This document shows, one piece after another, positions 46,716 through 54,817 of a DNA stretch of 64,000 bases. Position numbers and translations under genes: made by a program. The stretch's first letter is position 1, and each line of letters starts with the position of its first letter. The notes beneath the pieces were generated by a model that had not been told where the DNA came from, did not search any database, and saw only the letters and a list, made by a program, of their open reading frames with translations. The stretch lies in the sequence record PQ850631.1. One strand, 5' to 3'. This DNA is from Escherichia phage VerenaGrendelmeier_Bas101.

Positions 46716-46990
46716 TTACTACATACAAAGTATTCTTTGTCAAGTGCACATCATCTATTGATGACCAATTTACTGCTGACAAGAATTATCCCGTGATTTC
46801 TGAGTCAAGGCTAGATATAATCTTGAATGATCATGAGATCTATGAGCCGATGCCAGCGACTGCGTTTGATGTTATCGGTCACGTTCGGATTAAGACGAAT
46901 GTTGAGACGATGCATGACCCGTTGTTCAAGAAGCAAATCAAGAATGCTATGCAAGACTTTTGCGCGGCTATGTTTAAATATTATAAGTGA
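46712..46990 (+). CDS. hypothetical protein
   Basis: ATG start. Confidence 0.4.
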   Translation: MITTYKVFFVKCTSSIDDQFTADKNYPVISESRLDIILNDHEIYEPMPATAFDVIGHVRIKTNVETMHDPLFKKQIKNAMQDFCAAMFKYYK

Positions 46991-46997
46991 GTTGAAG

Positions 46998-47219
46998 ATG
47001 AGCAAGAAAACCCTTAAGGCTGGCGACCGTATCCGTTGGGTATCAGGACAACATGTGCGAGCAGGAACCATCCTTGAGCTGGATGAATACCTTACCGATT
47101 CTCGCGGTCGCAATCATTACCGTGTAAGAATCGATACAGTAAAAGAAGATGACAAATCAATGGTTGGTGAAGTGGTCATCGTTACTCCACGTCAAATTAA
47201 GGCGGCTTGTGAAGCATGA
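46998..47219 (+). CDS. hypothetical protein
   Basis: ATG at 46998. Confidence 0.4.
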   Translation: MSKKTLKAGDRIRWVSGQHVRAGTILELDEYLTDSRGRNHYRVRIDTVKEDDKSMVGEVVIVTPRQIKAACEA

Positions 47220-47371
47220 ATAAATATCAATTTAGCGATAATAAAATCAGTAAGGCAGATGCAATCAAGCAGCTTCGCCGCGTACTTGAAGCCAGCGGAC
47301 ATACGAAAGAGCGTGCACGCGTCCTGGCCAAAGAGCATTATAAACGTTTTGTGTCACAAATCAGAGGTTAA
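47216..47371 (+). CDS. small hypothetical protein (51 aa)
   Basis: ATG overlapping upstream stop; fills the gap to 47374. Confidence 0.35.
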   Translation: MNKYQFSDNKISKADAIKQLRRVLEASGHTKERARVLAKEHYKRFVSQIRG

Positions 47372-47373
47372 TT

Positions 47374-47865
47374 ATGATCATTCATCGCCCTTTAATGTTA
47401 AACAAAGAAGAGTGTGAAGAAATTTTACACGCATTGAGACGTGCAGAGGCAGATGTCAACATTCGTGTAAAGGTAAGAAACTTTATCATGAATGAGTTTA
47501 AAGGTTATGATGTTGACTATGCCATCGATAAATTACTGAATCGAAACGTCAAGGGTGCAACAAGACCTATTCACCATCAATCACGTTGCGTAAGAGTTCC
47601 TATTAAAACTTATGTTGATAAAAAGCCGCGCCTTAAGCCAATTGACATATTTGACATAAAGAACGGCTACTCAATCATAAGCAAGGACGCGGAAGAGGGT
47701 GCAATTCCTGTCAATGGCCGAGTGATTCACGTGTCGCACGATGCTGATCAGACTTTAATTCAATGGGTAAGGTTTGATAACACTGGCGGCGGCAAATATC
47801 GCTACTATGGCGACGAGCGATTCACCACTAAATTCTATAAGGTACTCGACCATGGCTCATGTTAA
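47374..47865 (+). CDS. hypothetical protein
   Basis: ATG start. Confidence 0.45.
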   Translation: MIIHRPLMLNKEECEEILHALRRAEADVNIRVKVRNFIMNEFKGYDVDYAIDKLLNRNVKGATRPIHHQSRCVRVPIKTYVDKKPRLKPIDIFDIKNGYSIISKDAEEGAIPVNGRVIHVSHDADQTLIQWVRFDNTGGGKYRYYGDERFTTKFYKVLDHGSC

Positions 47866-48199
47866 AGACGAAGTGCTGTTTGGCGCAGAGATTAAGAAAC
47901 GTGTCAGAGAAATGGCAGGAGAAGAAAGAATGAAGTCGCTGCGAAAAGGTTTTGATCACATCAATGGCGTATCCGGCACGAAGGAGATGGGCGTGTTGGT
48001 AAAAGACATTCGCATTGGCGATGTCATGGTCATCGACCGACAAGCGCGCGTCGTTATCCAGGTACAGCCGAACGATGATGAAGGTTGTGTCCTATTGAAG
48101 CTGAAGAAGCTTTCATCCAGCCCAGCGAAAGCCGTCATCAAGAAGGTATGGCCCGAAGGATTACGCAAACTCATTCGTCGACCCGTGGAGAATGTTTAA
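47852..48199 (+). CDS. hypothetical protein
   Basis: Internal ATG chosen to minimise overlap with upstream gene. Confidence 0.4.
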   Translation: MAHVKDEVLFGAEIKKRVREMAGEERMKSLRKGFDHINGVSGTKEMGVLVKDIRIGDVMVIDRQARVVIQVQPNDDEGCVLLKLKKLSSSPAKAVIKKVWPEGLRKLIRRPVENV

Positions 48200-48435
48200 T
48201 GGAAGATTATATCAACGCTATGTATATGGCATTCTATGTCGTGCAACTTCCCAATGGCGCGGTATTTTATGGCGAGTATACCTTTGACGTTCAATATGAC
48301 GTTTCAGAGCGTACAGTGTTAACAAGGGAGTTGATTGCGGACCTTAAGGACGACATCAAACGCGTCGCGCGGCAGCAGTTCAATTTGGATGACACAGTCA
48401 TCGTTCGAATTACCGGAATAACAGAGGTGCAGTGA
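48199..48435 (+). CDS. hypothetical protein
   Basis: TAATG overlap. Confidence 0.4.
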   Translation: MEDYINAMYMAFYVVQLPNGAVFYGEYTFDVQYDVSERTVLTRELIADLKDDIKRVARQQFNLDDTVIVRITGITEVQ

Positions 48436-48764
48436 TGACCCGTGATCAGATACTCGCCGCGCATGAGCGTGGACTGATAAAGGAAGTGTGGAAGAAGGCC
48501 AATGCATTTGCTGATTCTTATTACTTCTTAAAGAAGTGCATAAAAGAAAATGCAAGAATGGGCAACACAGTATTGACTTTCAATCTTCTGTCTTATGGCG
48601 AAAGGCTTAATGCAATATATGCTTGTAGACTAGCCAGCATGAAGTTTGATAGAGGAAATGACGGAGAGTTGACCATCTATCGATTCTCTCACCGGACGGG
48701 TGATACAAAGATAACAAGGACACGTGAACAGATAGAGATTGACCTACTCCACTATGTAAAATGA
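48435..48764 (+). CDS. hypothetical protein
   Basis: AGAGGTG RBS, ATG at 48435. Confidence 0.4.
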   Translation: MTRDQILAAHERGLIKEVWKKANAFADSYYFLKKCIKENARMGNTVLTFNLLSYGERLNAIYACRLASMKFDRGNDGELTIYRFSHRTGDTKITRTREQIEIDLLHYVK

Positions 48765-48769
48765 ATATC

Positions 48770-48849
48770 AAAAAGGTGAGCTAAATGCTTGCCTTTTCTT
48801 TTATCAATACCTATACTCTTTTCATCAAGACGAACAATTGAGGTGAATT
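48770..48849 (+). promoter_or_regulatory. terminator-promoter cassette, copy A (hairpin overlapping -35, TTGCCT-17-TATACT)
   Basis: AAAAGGTGAGCTAAATGCTTGCCTTTT hairpin plus T-tract; -35 at 48789-48794, -10 at 48812-48817; homologous to 50021-50097. Confidence 0.5.
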
Positions 48850-49167
48850 ATGATTTACTTAGGAATGGACCAGGAACAAAACGAGTTGCTAGGAAGCGTG
48901 TTAAACGTAGACTTGAACACAGCTGTACACATCAAGCCTTGGCCAGAGGACCACGGCGACGTAGTTGTACCCGTTGCGCCTTGGACGCGTTACGTGGCCA
49001 TTGACAATGACGGCCTCGTACATTGTTATTCAGAAAAGCCGACTTACTTCGAAAAGTATCACCAATGGCTGATGACTGGATGGGCAAAGGTGCGCTGTTG
49101 CGGCGAAGTCAGTCTGGAAGGCTGGAGCTTCGAGGCTAGTGAATCGTGTGTCGAGGTGAAATTATGA
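48850..49167 (+). CDS. hypothetical protein (shares a domain with 52644-53135)
   Basis: RYVAIDNDGLVHCYSEKPTYFEKYHQWL parallels RFVARDSNGTIWAYEEKPVWEERRGQWL. Confidence 0.45.
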   Translation: MIYLGMDQEQNELLGSVLNVDLNTAVHIKPWPEDHGDVVVPVAPWTRYVAIDNDGLVHCYSEKPTYFEKYHQWLMTGWAKVRCCGEVSLEGWSFEASESCVEVKL

Positions 49168-49382
49168 ATGCCGCGCTGGGTAAGTTGTCGTTCAATAAGC
49201 GTAACGAATTGCGCATGGTGTCGCGCTTTCAACAAACGCATTTATCACTAATCAAGATTGCAAACAAGGCCTACTCTCTAAATTGTCCTGAAGAAGAATG
49301 GAAAGAATTGAATGAGCGTCATAAACAATTACAAAAGGCTGCATTTAAGCTGCAGCAATATGCTATGGAGTATGCAAAATGA
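49164..49382 (+). CDS. hypothetical protein
   Basis: ATGA overlap. Confidence 0.4.
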   Translation: MNAALGKLSFNKRNELRMVSRFQQTHLSLIKIANKAYSLNCPEEEWKELNERHKQLQKAAFKLQQYAMEYAK

Positions 49383-49762
49383 GAATGAAGCGTTGCCCTT
49401 ACTGCCACGATGTGATGCATCTTCCACACGAAGAGTTTGTGCAGCACATGACTAACTGTGATAAGAATCCTAAGAGCGAAAGCCAACTTGAAGAAAGAAT
49501 GTTCTTGGTGTCATTCAAAGCTTCTGCTTATGAAGTGCAACGTTCTTACGGCGCACCAAGTACGATTTACTGTCCAACAACGTTGAGAAGCGACATCGAC
49601 TCAATTCAGCTTTCGACTTGGATTAACGTTAAGGAAGGAGTCACGCCTCACTTTATTGCGCGCATTCAATCTCAGATTCTACAAATCAAGCGCGAATACA
49701 ACCGTGACATCACTGAAGTGAAGGTGTTGTCTATCACGCCGATGAATAAGGAGATGCCGTGA
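49379..49762 (+). CDS. hypothetical protein with N-terminal Cys/His motif
   Basis: CPYCH...H...C near the N-terminus. Confidence 0.4.
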   Translation: MRMKRCPYCHDVMHLPHEEFVQHMTNCDKNPKSESQLEERMFLVSFKASAYEVQRSYGAPSTIYCPTTLRSDIDSIQLSTWINVKEGVTPHFIARIQSQILQIKREYNRDITEVKVLSITPMNKEMP

Positions 49763-50019
49763 ACAAGGGTCCGATGACGAAGTTGGCCGTTGCCGCGCGG
49801 AAGCTTCGACAAGCCGTTAATGGGTCGCGGCCCGTGGCATTAACACTCGACGACGCAAAGGCACTGGTAGAGCTACTCGACGAGCACAACCGACGCAAGA
49901 ATCTGGAGAACACATTACGCTGGCGCGTTACTCCGAAAGGGCGGGAGAGTGAAAAGAAAGCTTACTTGCGACGCAAACTAAGGTCAGTCGGCCTCCACGA
50001 AGAAGCAAAGAATATTTAA
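49759..50019 (+). CDS. hypothetical protein
   Basis: GTG start after AAGGAG. Confidence 0.35.
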   Translation: MNKGPMTKLAVAARKLRQAVNGSRPVALTLDDAKALVELLDEHNRRKNLENTLRWRVTPKGRESEKKAYLRRKLRSVGLHEEAKNI

Positions 50020-50020
50020 T

Positions 50021-50097
50021 TCAAAAAGGTGAGCTATATGCTTGCCTTTTTATTTGACTGTATTATACTTAGTTCATCAAGCAAAGGAGATTTGATT
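50021..50097 (+). promoter_or_regulatory. terminator-promoter cassette, copy B (TTGCCT-17-TATACT)
   Basis: AAAAGGTGAGCTATATGCTTGCCTTTTT; -35 at 50044-50049, -10 at 50067-50072; then AAGGAGA RBS of next gene. Confidence 0.5.
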
Positions 50098-50349
50098 ATG
50101 CGTATCAAACCAGCAACCCATCGAGTCCAAGACCTAAGTGGCTTTCTTGAGAAGCAAATTAACATTAATGAATTGAAAGGTGATATTTCAGCGTATTTTT
50201 CAATTAAGCAGATGCAGTTGGATGCGCAAGAAGATGGTGATATGGAAATGGCTGCTGCATTTGGATCAAGTATGAGACAGATTCGTGAGAAGTATGACGA
50301 AAGAGTTTGGAAAAAAGAGATTGGATTGATTCAAGCAAAGGAGAAATGA
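50098..50349 (+). CDS. hypothetical protein
   Basis: AAGGAGA RBS, ATG at 50098. Confidence 0.45.
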   Translation: MRIKPATHRVQDLSGFLEKQININELKGDISAYFSIKQMQLDAQEDGDMEMAAAFGSSMRQIREKYDERVWKKEIGLIQAKEK

Positions 50350-50657
50350 TTATGAGTTACGACGAAAGGTTTGGCAGAAGCGTATTGTTTCATGATGCTG
50401 TTTGGATGGACAGCCAAGATGTTGTCTGCGTAGCGTTGAATGAATCTTATAACGGTGTGCTCAAGCCGTTCAAAATCGGTGAGACATACGAGCTGTTTCA
50501 CGGATGGTTGACGCGTCGCAACAACCTTCCTGATATGGAAGTCTGGTGGATAGAATACAAGGGTCAGGCTCATCGGTGCAAGGTTGTAGAGATGCACGGC
50601 GTCAAATACTATCAATCGATTATCAGCGGCTTTGTTTTTAAAGAGGGTGAGATATGA
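50346..50657 (+). CDS. hypothetical protein
   Basis: ATG overlapping upstream stop. Confidence 0.4.
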   Translation: MIMSYDERFGRSVLFHDAVWMDSQDVVCVALNESYNGVLKPFKIGETYELFHGWLTRRNNLPDMEVWWIEYKGQAHRCKVVEMHGVKYYQSIISGFVFKEGEI

Positions 50658-50959
50658 GCACCGAAGCGATGAAGAGCAAGTTGTTGAAGGTGATGCAGGC
50701 CGCTGTCGAGTGCGGCGCTATTCAGGATTTCAAAGAGACGCAAGAAGGCGGTGAGCCAGTATTCTTCTTCAAGAACAAGAAAGGTGCGGCGGCTGCGGTG
50801 ATGCTCTTGAAGAACAGCGACACGACCTTTATCCTTTGCGCAGGCGGTTATGACCTTGTTGCCGATGACTCTTACATCACCTGCGCGACGGGTATTAATC
50901 CTATGTTAACGTTCGAGCGTCGCGGTATTCGTGTTGCGACATTTGGAGGCTGTTTATGA
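50654..50959 (+). CDS. hypothetical protein
   Basis: ATG start with RBS. Confidence 0.4.
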   Translation: MSTEAMKSKLLKVMQAAVECGAIQDFKETQEGGEPVFFFKNKKGAAAAVMLLKNSDTTFILCAGGYDLVADDSYITCATGINPMLTFERRGIRVATFGGCL

Positions 50960-51252
50960 AACTAAGTTTAGCACAAGTCCAAACATTATACCGTATGGAA
51001 GACGGGACGCGATATATGTTGCGTGGCGATTGCAAGAAGGCTCATGAGAAGCGCCCATCGCTGTTTCATGACGTCAATGCACCATCAATCCCTGTCTTGT
51101 TTCGCCTTGGGCTTGTTGATTGGGCGGTTCAAGGAGAAAAAGACCCAAGGCTATATTCATTTGTGGTGATGACAAAGAAGGGTCGCGAGGCATTACAAGG
51201 AATTAAAGAGAATATGAGAAGAGGAAAATACTATTATGACATCCAACCTTAA
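50956..51252 (+). CDS. hypothetical protein
   Basis: ATG start with GGAGG RBS. Confidence 0.4.
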   Translation: MKLSLAQVQTLYRMEDGTRYMLRGDCKKAHEKRPSLFHDVNAPSIPVLFRLGLVDWAVQGEKDPRLYSFVVMTKKGREALQGIKENMRRGKYYYDIQP

Positions 51253-51472
51253 AGCCCGTTTATTATTCATCAAGCCGCATGTGCCGTATAAGATTAGTAA
51301 GCGCACCTGGCTTAACATTTACAACCGCAGCGGCAACCGTTGTTTGTACAAGGCAAAGCGGCGCAAGAAGGTATATTTAAAGGCTGTGATGTCGCAACCC
51401 GTTGATGCATTCAACATCGGCGAAAATGAATTGTCAATCGGCTATCAAATTGAACTAGGAGTAAAGAAATGA
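51236..51472 (+). CDS. hypothetical basic protein
   Basis: ATG start; Lys/Arg-rich. Confidence 0.35.
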   Translation: MTSNLKARLLFIKPHVPYKISKRTWLNIYNRSGNRCLYKAKRRKKVYLKAVMSQPVDAFNIGENELSIGYQIELGVKK

Positions 51473-51978
51473 AAATCGAACAACTCGAAGCAGTATTGGC
51501 AATGGCTGTTAAAGCAGGCGCAATCAAAAGCTGGCATCGCGAGAAGTCGGATGATGGCGCGCATTTTTGTCGCAACTTCTATATCGTCGGCAACCTTAAC
51601 GACCACTACACCATCGAGTGGTATATTAACATGATGACGCTTAAGTCGCGCACCATGGAGCTTTGGTTTGATGACGTTTGCCTTTCTCATAGCCACCCGT
51701 GCTACGACGTTGCGCTTGGATTCTTTTACAAAAGCAACCAACCAATCGCCCACATCGGTGAGAAGCATGAGCATTTGAAGGATAAGCAAAAGACTGCTGA
51801 CGGCTGGATTGATTGGGACGGCAGCGACTCGAATCCAGTACCAGGTAAGAAAGTTATGTATAAGCTTCGAGACGGTTATGAATCAAGAAGGCCTGTACTT
51901 TCGGATAGTATGACATGGGAAATTGTCGGTAGACCTTTTGGCGACGACATCATCGCTTATCGCGTCGTGGAGGAATAA
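51469..51978 (+). CDS. hypothetical protein (C-terminal domain shared with 53132-53551)
   Basis: C-terminus NPVPGKKVMYKLRDG...DIIAYRVVEE parallels NPVPGEIVEYKLRNG...DIIAYRVVKEG. Confidence 0.45.
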   Translation: MKIEQLEAVLAMAVKAGAIKSWHREKSDDGAHFCRNFYIVGNLNDHYTIEWYINMMTLKSRTMELWFDDVCLSHSHPCYDVALGFFYKSNQPIAHIGEKHEHLKDKQKTADGWIDWDGSDSNPVPGKKVMYKLRDGYESRRPVLSDSMTWEIVGRPFGDDIIAYRVVEE

Positions 51979-52319
51979 TGGAAGAGCAAGAAGGACGTGA
52001 GCTAACGTTCGACGAGCAGATGCAAGAGCTTCAGCGCACATCGCCGCTGCGCGGTAAGGTTGTTGACATCGAGGCGAGCAAGTCCAATCTCACTCAGTGG
52101 CGGCTCAAGTGCACCAGCACAAGCAAAGAACTGTCGAGCTTCAAAGTCGGTCAGACCTATTTGCTTTATGAGGCAAAAGGACTTATTATTGATGGAAGGC
52201 AAATTGTCTTCACGGTAGTCAGCGGAATGCGTTGGTTCGTGAAGCGTGATGTCGAGGGCCGTGACATGTTTGTCGCAGGCTTTCCAGAAACAAGATTCCA
52301 ATTGGAGAAGGTTAAATGA
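51978..52319 (+). CDS. hypothetical protein
   Basis: ATG start. Confidence 0.4.
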   Translation: MEEQEGRELTFDEQMQELQRTSPLRGKVVDIEASKSNLTQWRLKCTSTSKELSSFKVGQTYLLYEAKGLIIDGRQIVFTVVSGMRWFVKRDVEGRDMFVAGFPETRFQLEKVK

Positions 52320-52651
52320 AATTGAAATGGTACGTGGACCCTGAGCCGACAGGCTCATACAGGTCATTCCAACGTCGCGGCTGGCCGATTTGTTACAGCG
52401 GTAATCCCGATAAAGAAGACTGCGAGATGCTCGCCGCGATAGTAAGTCTTAATCATGACGGCTATGAAGGCCACTACGCGAGAGCAACCAACCTTCGGCT
52501 CAAGGTGCGCATCCATTTCAAGGTCGCAGGCGAGGACCGCACAGGACTCTCCAAGGAAGAGTTCAGCAGCATTGCCGAAGCAAAGGCATGGCTCAAGGCA
52601 TTCTATAAGAACAACCTAAATTTTATCCAACTAAGGACGCATCATGACTAA
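52316..52651 (+). CDS. hypothetical protein
   Basis: ATG start. Confidence 0.4.
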   Translation: MKLKWYVDPEPTGSYRSFQRRGWPICYSGNPDKEDCEMLAAIVSLNHDGYEGHYARATNLRLKVRIHFKVAGEDRTGLSKEEFSSIAEAKAWLKAFYKNNLNFIQLRTHHD

Positions 52652-53135
52652 CAAAACGCAACGCATCAATTTTGAAGGTAAAGAATACGAAATAGACGCT
52701 CGTGCAAGATTCGTCGCGCGTGACTCTAACGGAACCATCTGGGCGTACGAGGAAAAACCTGTATGGGAAGAGCGGCGCGGCCAGTGGTTGTATGAAACAT
52801 GCGGTTCAGTTTGGTGCGAGCGCATCGACCAAGTGAAGACGTTTGAAAAGAACAGGCCATCATCACGTGATTCATTGAAGGAAGTCGAATCAATCAAAAT
52901 CAAAGACCCAGCGCCGTCGACCGATAAACAATACGCAGTCGGGCAACGTGACATCGAGCAACTCGACGAGGGCGGCTATTATACGCGCCACATCCATGCC
53001 ATGACTCAAGAAGGACTTTACAGCAAGTCGGACATCGCCGCTGAACTGGCCCATCGTGACTTACAAATCGACCTTCTCAAGATAGAAGTGCAGAACTTAC
53101 GAAACACCCTGTTAAATACTTGGAGCTTAAAATGA
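52644..53135 (+). CDS. hypothetical protein (shares a domain with 48850-49167)
   Basis: See 48850-49167. Confidence 0.45.
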   Translation: MTNKTQRINFEGKEYEIDARARFVARDSNGTIWAYEEKPVWEERRGQWLYETCGSVWCERIDQVKTFEKNRPSSRDSLKEVESIKIKDPAPSTDKQYAVGQRDIEQLDEGGYYTRHIHAMTQEGLYSKSDIAAELAHRDLQIDLLKIEVQNLRNTLLNTWSLK

Positions 53136-53551
53136 TACAGCGTTACGATGTTGATTATTGCACGCAGCACGCTTGCACTTGTGAAGTTGTAAAGGATGAT
53201 GAAGGCGGCTATGTTGAATATGAGGACTATGAATCACTACTCAAGCTTAATGAGTCGCTAACAAAAGAGATTGAGCAATACCGCGAGCGCATCAAAGTCG
53301 CTGAAGATATTATCAAGCTTTTTAGCGAGGCTGTTGAGAAATACAAGGAGCGCAACGTACCGATTAAGGAGGAAGCGTGGACCGTGTGGCGTGGTGGCGA
53401 TAATCCGGTGCCTGGTGAGATTGTTGAATACAAGCTGCGCAATGGAGGTGATAAAGTTCTGTCGAGACTTTCTGATCATCTTCACTGGGGTCATATAGGC
53501 GCGTTAAAGGGCAGCGACATCATTGCTTATCGGGTCGTTAAGGAGGGGTGA
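53132..53551 (+). CDS. hypothetical protein (C-terminal domain shared with 51469-51978)
   Basis: ATGA overlap; Cys-rich N-terminus CTQHACTC. Confidence 0.45.
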   Translation: MIQRYDVDYCTQHACTCEVVKDDEGGYVEYEDYESLLKLNESLTKEIEQYRERIKVAEDIIKLFSEAVEKYKERNVPIKEEAWTVWRGGDNPVPGEIVEYKLRNGGDKVLSRLSDHLHWGHIGALKGSDIIAYRVVKEG

Positions 53552-54000
53552 TGGGCAAACGGCTTATCGCCGCTGGTTGGGCCATACCGAAGTGGGGCCA
53601 TCGTGCGCATTACTTTGACGAAGGAGAAGGGCAAAGCCTTTGTGGTCGCGCAACATATTTCGGTGATGAGCGCGTCAGCGGCGATTATATCGATTCGCTT
53701 TTAGGTAAAGGTGATTGCAAGAAGTGCCAAAATATATTAAGAGATATTCTTACGCAAAAAGGATTGCTTGAGCTTGATGAATCGGAAGAAGTAATTGATC
53801 TTAAGCTGGAAGCCAATCACCTTATTAATATGTTCAAGAATTATTACTTAACTAATATGCGCTCAAAGATGCGTAAGGAAGTAATAGAAGAGGTACTCAC
53901 TTACAATCCTTTAAGGATGAATAAAACTAAATTGAAGAAGTTTAATATAATGATAAGGAAGGAATTTAAAAGGCTTGGAGTGAAGAATTTTATATTTTAA
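53551..54000 (+). CDS. hypothetical protein
   Basis: AGGAGG RBS; CxxC...CxxC-like cysteines; last gene before terminator. Confidence 0.4.
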   Translation: MGKRLIAAGWAIPKWGHRAHYFDEGEGQSLCGRATYFGDERVSGDYIDSLLGKGDCKKCQNILRDILTQKGLLELDESEEVIDLKLEANHLINMFKNYYLTNMRSKMRKEVIEEVLTYNPLRMNKTKLKKFNIMIRKEFKRLGVKNFIF

Positions 54001-54016
54001 TAGTGATTAATGTTAA

Positions 54017-54038
54017 GAGGGCCGATTGGCCCTTTTTG
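54017..54038 (+). terminator. rho-independent terminator ending the early block
   Basis: GGGCCGATTGGCCC followed by TTTTT. Confidence 0.65.
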
Positions 54039-54039
54039 T

Positions 54040-54290
54040 TTGCCTGTGGTATGTGAGGATTTATTATCGGATAAAGCGATTGATTTGTGCAAATCTATTA
54101 GAGGGTCATGGGTAGTGAGGATTGTGACGTGAATTTTGTGTCTTGAATATGTGTGCGAATCTGGAAGATTATTGTACTGTGGTGCTGTGGGATTGTAGAG
54201 GGAATCACTAGGAATTGGAGCGTGTACCGTGGTGTGTGGTCCTGTAGGCTGCGCCGTCTATGGGATTGTCGCTTGAAATTAAAAAGGAGA
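54040..54290. repeat. non-coding GT-rich tract with GGGATTGT / GAGGATTGT repeats
   Basis: Strong G+T skew on plus strand; no ORF; repeats near 54118, 54192, 54262. Confidence 0.5.
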
Positions 54291-54326
54291 TATAGTTAGC
54301 TGGCTAACCTTACGCATAGAATTTAA

Positions 54327-54615
54327 GCGTATAATGACGTAAGATTTGGACCTATCCGTAGTTCACTCCACACACTTCTATGGTGCGCCGCGACTGGGTT
54401 CAGTGGTACATCTTACGGATGATACGGATGATACGCGTCGCCGCTATACTTTATACAACTTTGAAAAAAACAATTAACTCCATTTTGAATTAATTTAAAT
54501 TAATTTTTTTCTACATCCTCATACTTATACTAAACTTATATTTATACGTATTATCCGTAAGATATAAGTAAAAACAAAGACTTGCGGCAATACGGATGAT
54601 ACGTCACGATACGCT
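54327..54615. repeat. second iteron-like region homologous to 1891-2160
   Basis: Shared blocks GCGTATAATGACGTA, ATCTTACGGATGATACG...GCCGC, AT-rich AATTAATTTAAA tract, TATCCGTA copies. Confidence 0.65.
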
Positions 54616-54778
54616 TCAACCAGCCAGCAGCGGCTAAGTCATTGATTTGCATAACAAGCGACGAAAGGGATGGATTTCTTTTATACGTATCAAACAGTAC
54701 ACCACGCACCACGGTCCGTTATCCATCCAGCACTATGATTTGTGTACGTTTATAGCCATAATGAACATCAATCTGCAC

Positions 54779-54807
54779 TTGAATATAATGTCCATCCATT
54801 GTATAAT
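54779..54807 (+). promoter_or_regulatory. sigma70-like promoter TTGAAT-17-TATAAT
   Basis: -35 at 54779-54784, -10 at 54802-54807, upstream of the TerS-like ORF. Confidence 0.35.
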
Positions 54808-54817
54808 TCACACTATT

